DNA from: Candidatus Dadabacteria bacterium | GTDB taxonomy: Bacteria > Desulfobacterota_D > UBA1144 > Nemesobacterales > CSP1-2 | Length of the DNA stretch: 24,883 bases | Direction of reading: 5' to 3' | NCBI GenBank assembly: GCA_040289575.1 | Contig: PSLL01000001.1 | Location: 64,919 to 89,801, forward strand | Shown here: positions 24,636-24,883 of the stretch, in pieces | Layout of the letters: each line of letters begins with the position of its first letter | Position numbering within the stretch: position 1 is the first letter of the stretch | Notes under the pieces: model-generated | Told to the model about the DNA's origin: nothing | Database searches by the model: none | What the model saw: the letters and a program-made list of their open reading frames with translations, nothing else | Translations under genes and position numbers: made by a program

Positions 24636-24786
24636 CACACTGTGCATCTCCTTAGCAAATTGAGATTTATCTTCGGCAGTCAAACTATATTCATGATAAC
24701 ACACTATGTATAATCACGCCAGTGATGAGTAAGATTGCACTGAGTTTATATTTAATCCTTTTGTGTAATCGGCCTTGGCGAAGAGA

Positions 24787-24883
24787 CTAAAAGCCCATTG
24801 TCTCTTTTAAATCCTTTGTCTCTGGCATGGCAAAATAGAAAATAGACAATGCAACCGCCGCAACTGTGGCGAGAAATAGAAAT
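24787..24883 (-). CDS. C-terminus of a probable MFS transporter (partial)
   Basis: Manual translation FLFLATVAAVALSIFYFAMPETKDLKETMGF*: a last TM helix followed by the PETK motif typical of MFS C-termini. Confidence 0.65.
   Translation of the reverse strand, partial: FLFLATVAAVALSIFYFAMPETKDLKETMGF

Noticed and set aside
14179..24883. Genomic island integrated at tRNA-Gln
   Set aside because: No integrase and no convincing repeat of the tRNA 3' end (only a 7-nt CCGCCCC near 17873). Housekeeping pcrA follows within 1.5 kb.

Overview
This is a bacterial chromosomal window, loosely Deltaproteobacteria/Desulfobacterota-like; the taxonomy is an unverified impression. Intact housekeeping genes are mnmG, a class II ribonucleotide reductase (nrdJ) preceded by two NrdR boxes, an RpoD-family sigma factor lacking region 1.1, ispE, tRNA-Gln(UUG), pcrA/uvrD, def and rpmB. 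They are interleaved with accessory genes, seven of which are broken, five by frameshifts in homopolymer runs and two by an in-frame TGA. The best candidate for an undescribed system is a minus-strand operon at about 17870-23095 behind a near-consensus sigma54 promoter with likely activator sites. It encodes a membrane protein, an AttH/lipocalin-like protein, a 4-TM protein, a cholesterol-oxidase-like GMC flavoenzyme with a Cys cluster, two tandem paralogues of an unknown family (one missed by the ORF track) and a BON lipoprotein. Also notable are a spore-photoproduct-lyase-family radical SAM reading into an Mrr N-terminal winged-helix domain, an RNA-type hairpin inside the nrdJ linker, and a perfect 18-bp inverted repeat in front of a CBS gene. 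I found no CRISPR array, transposase, integrase or rRNA.
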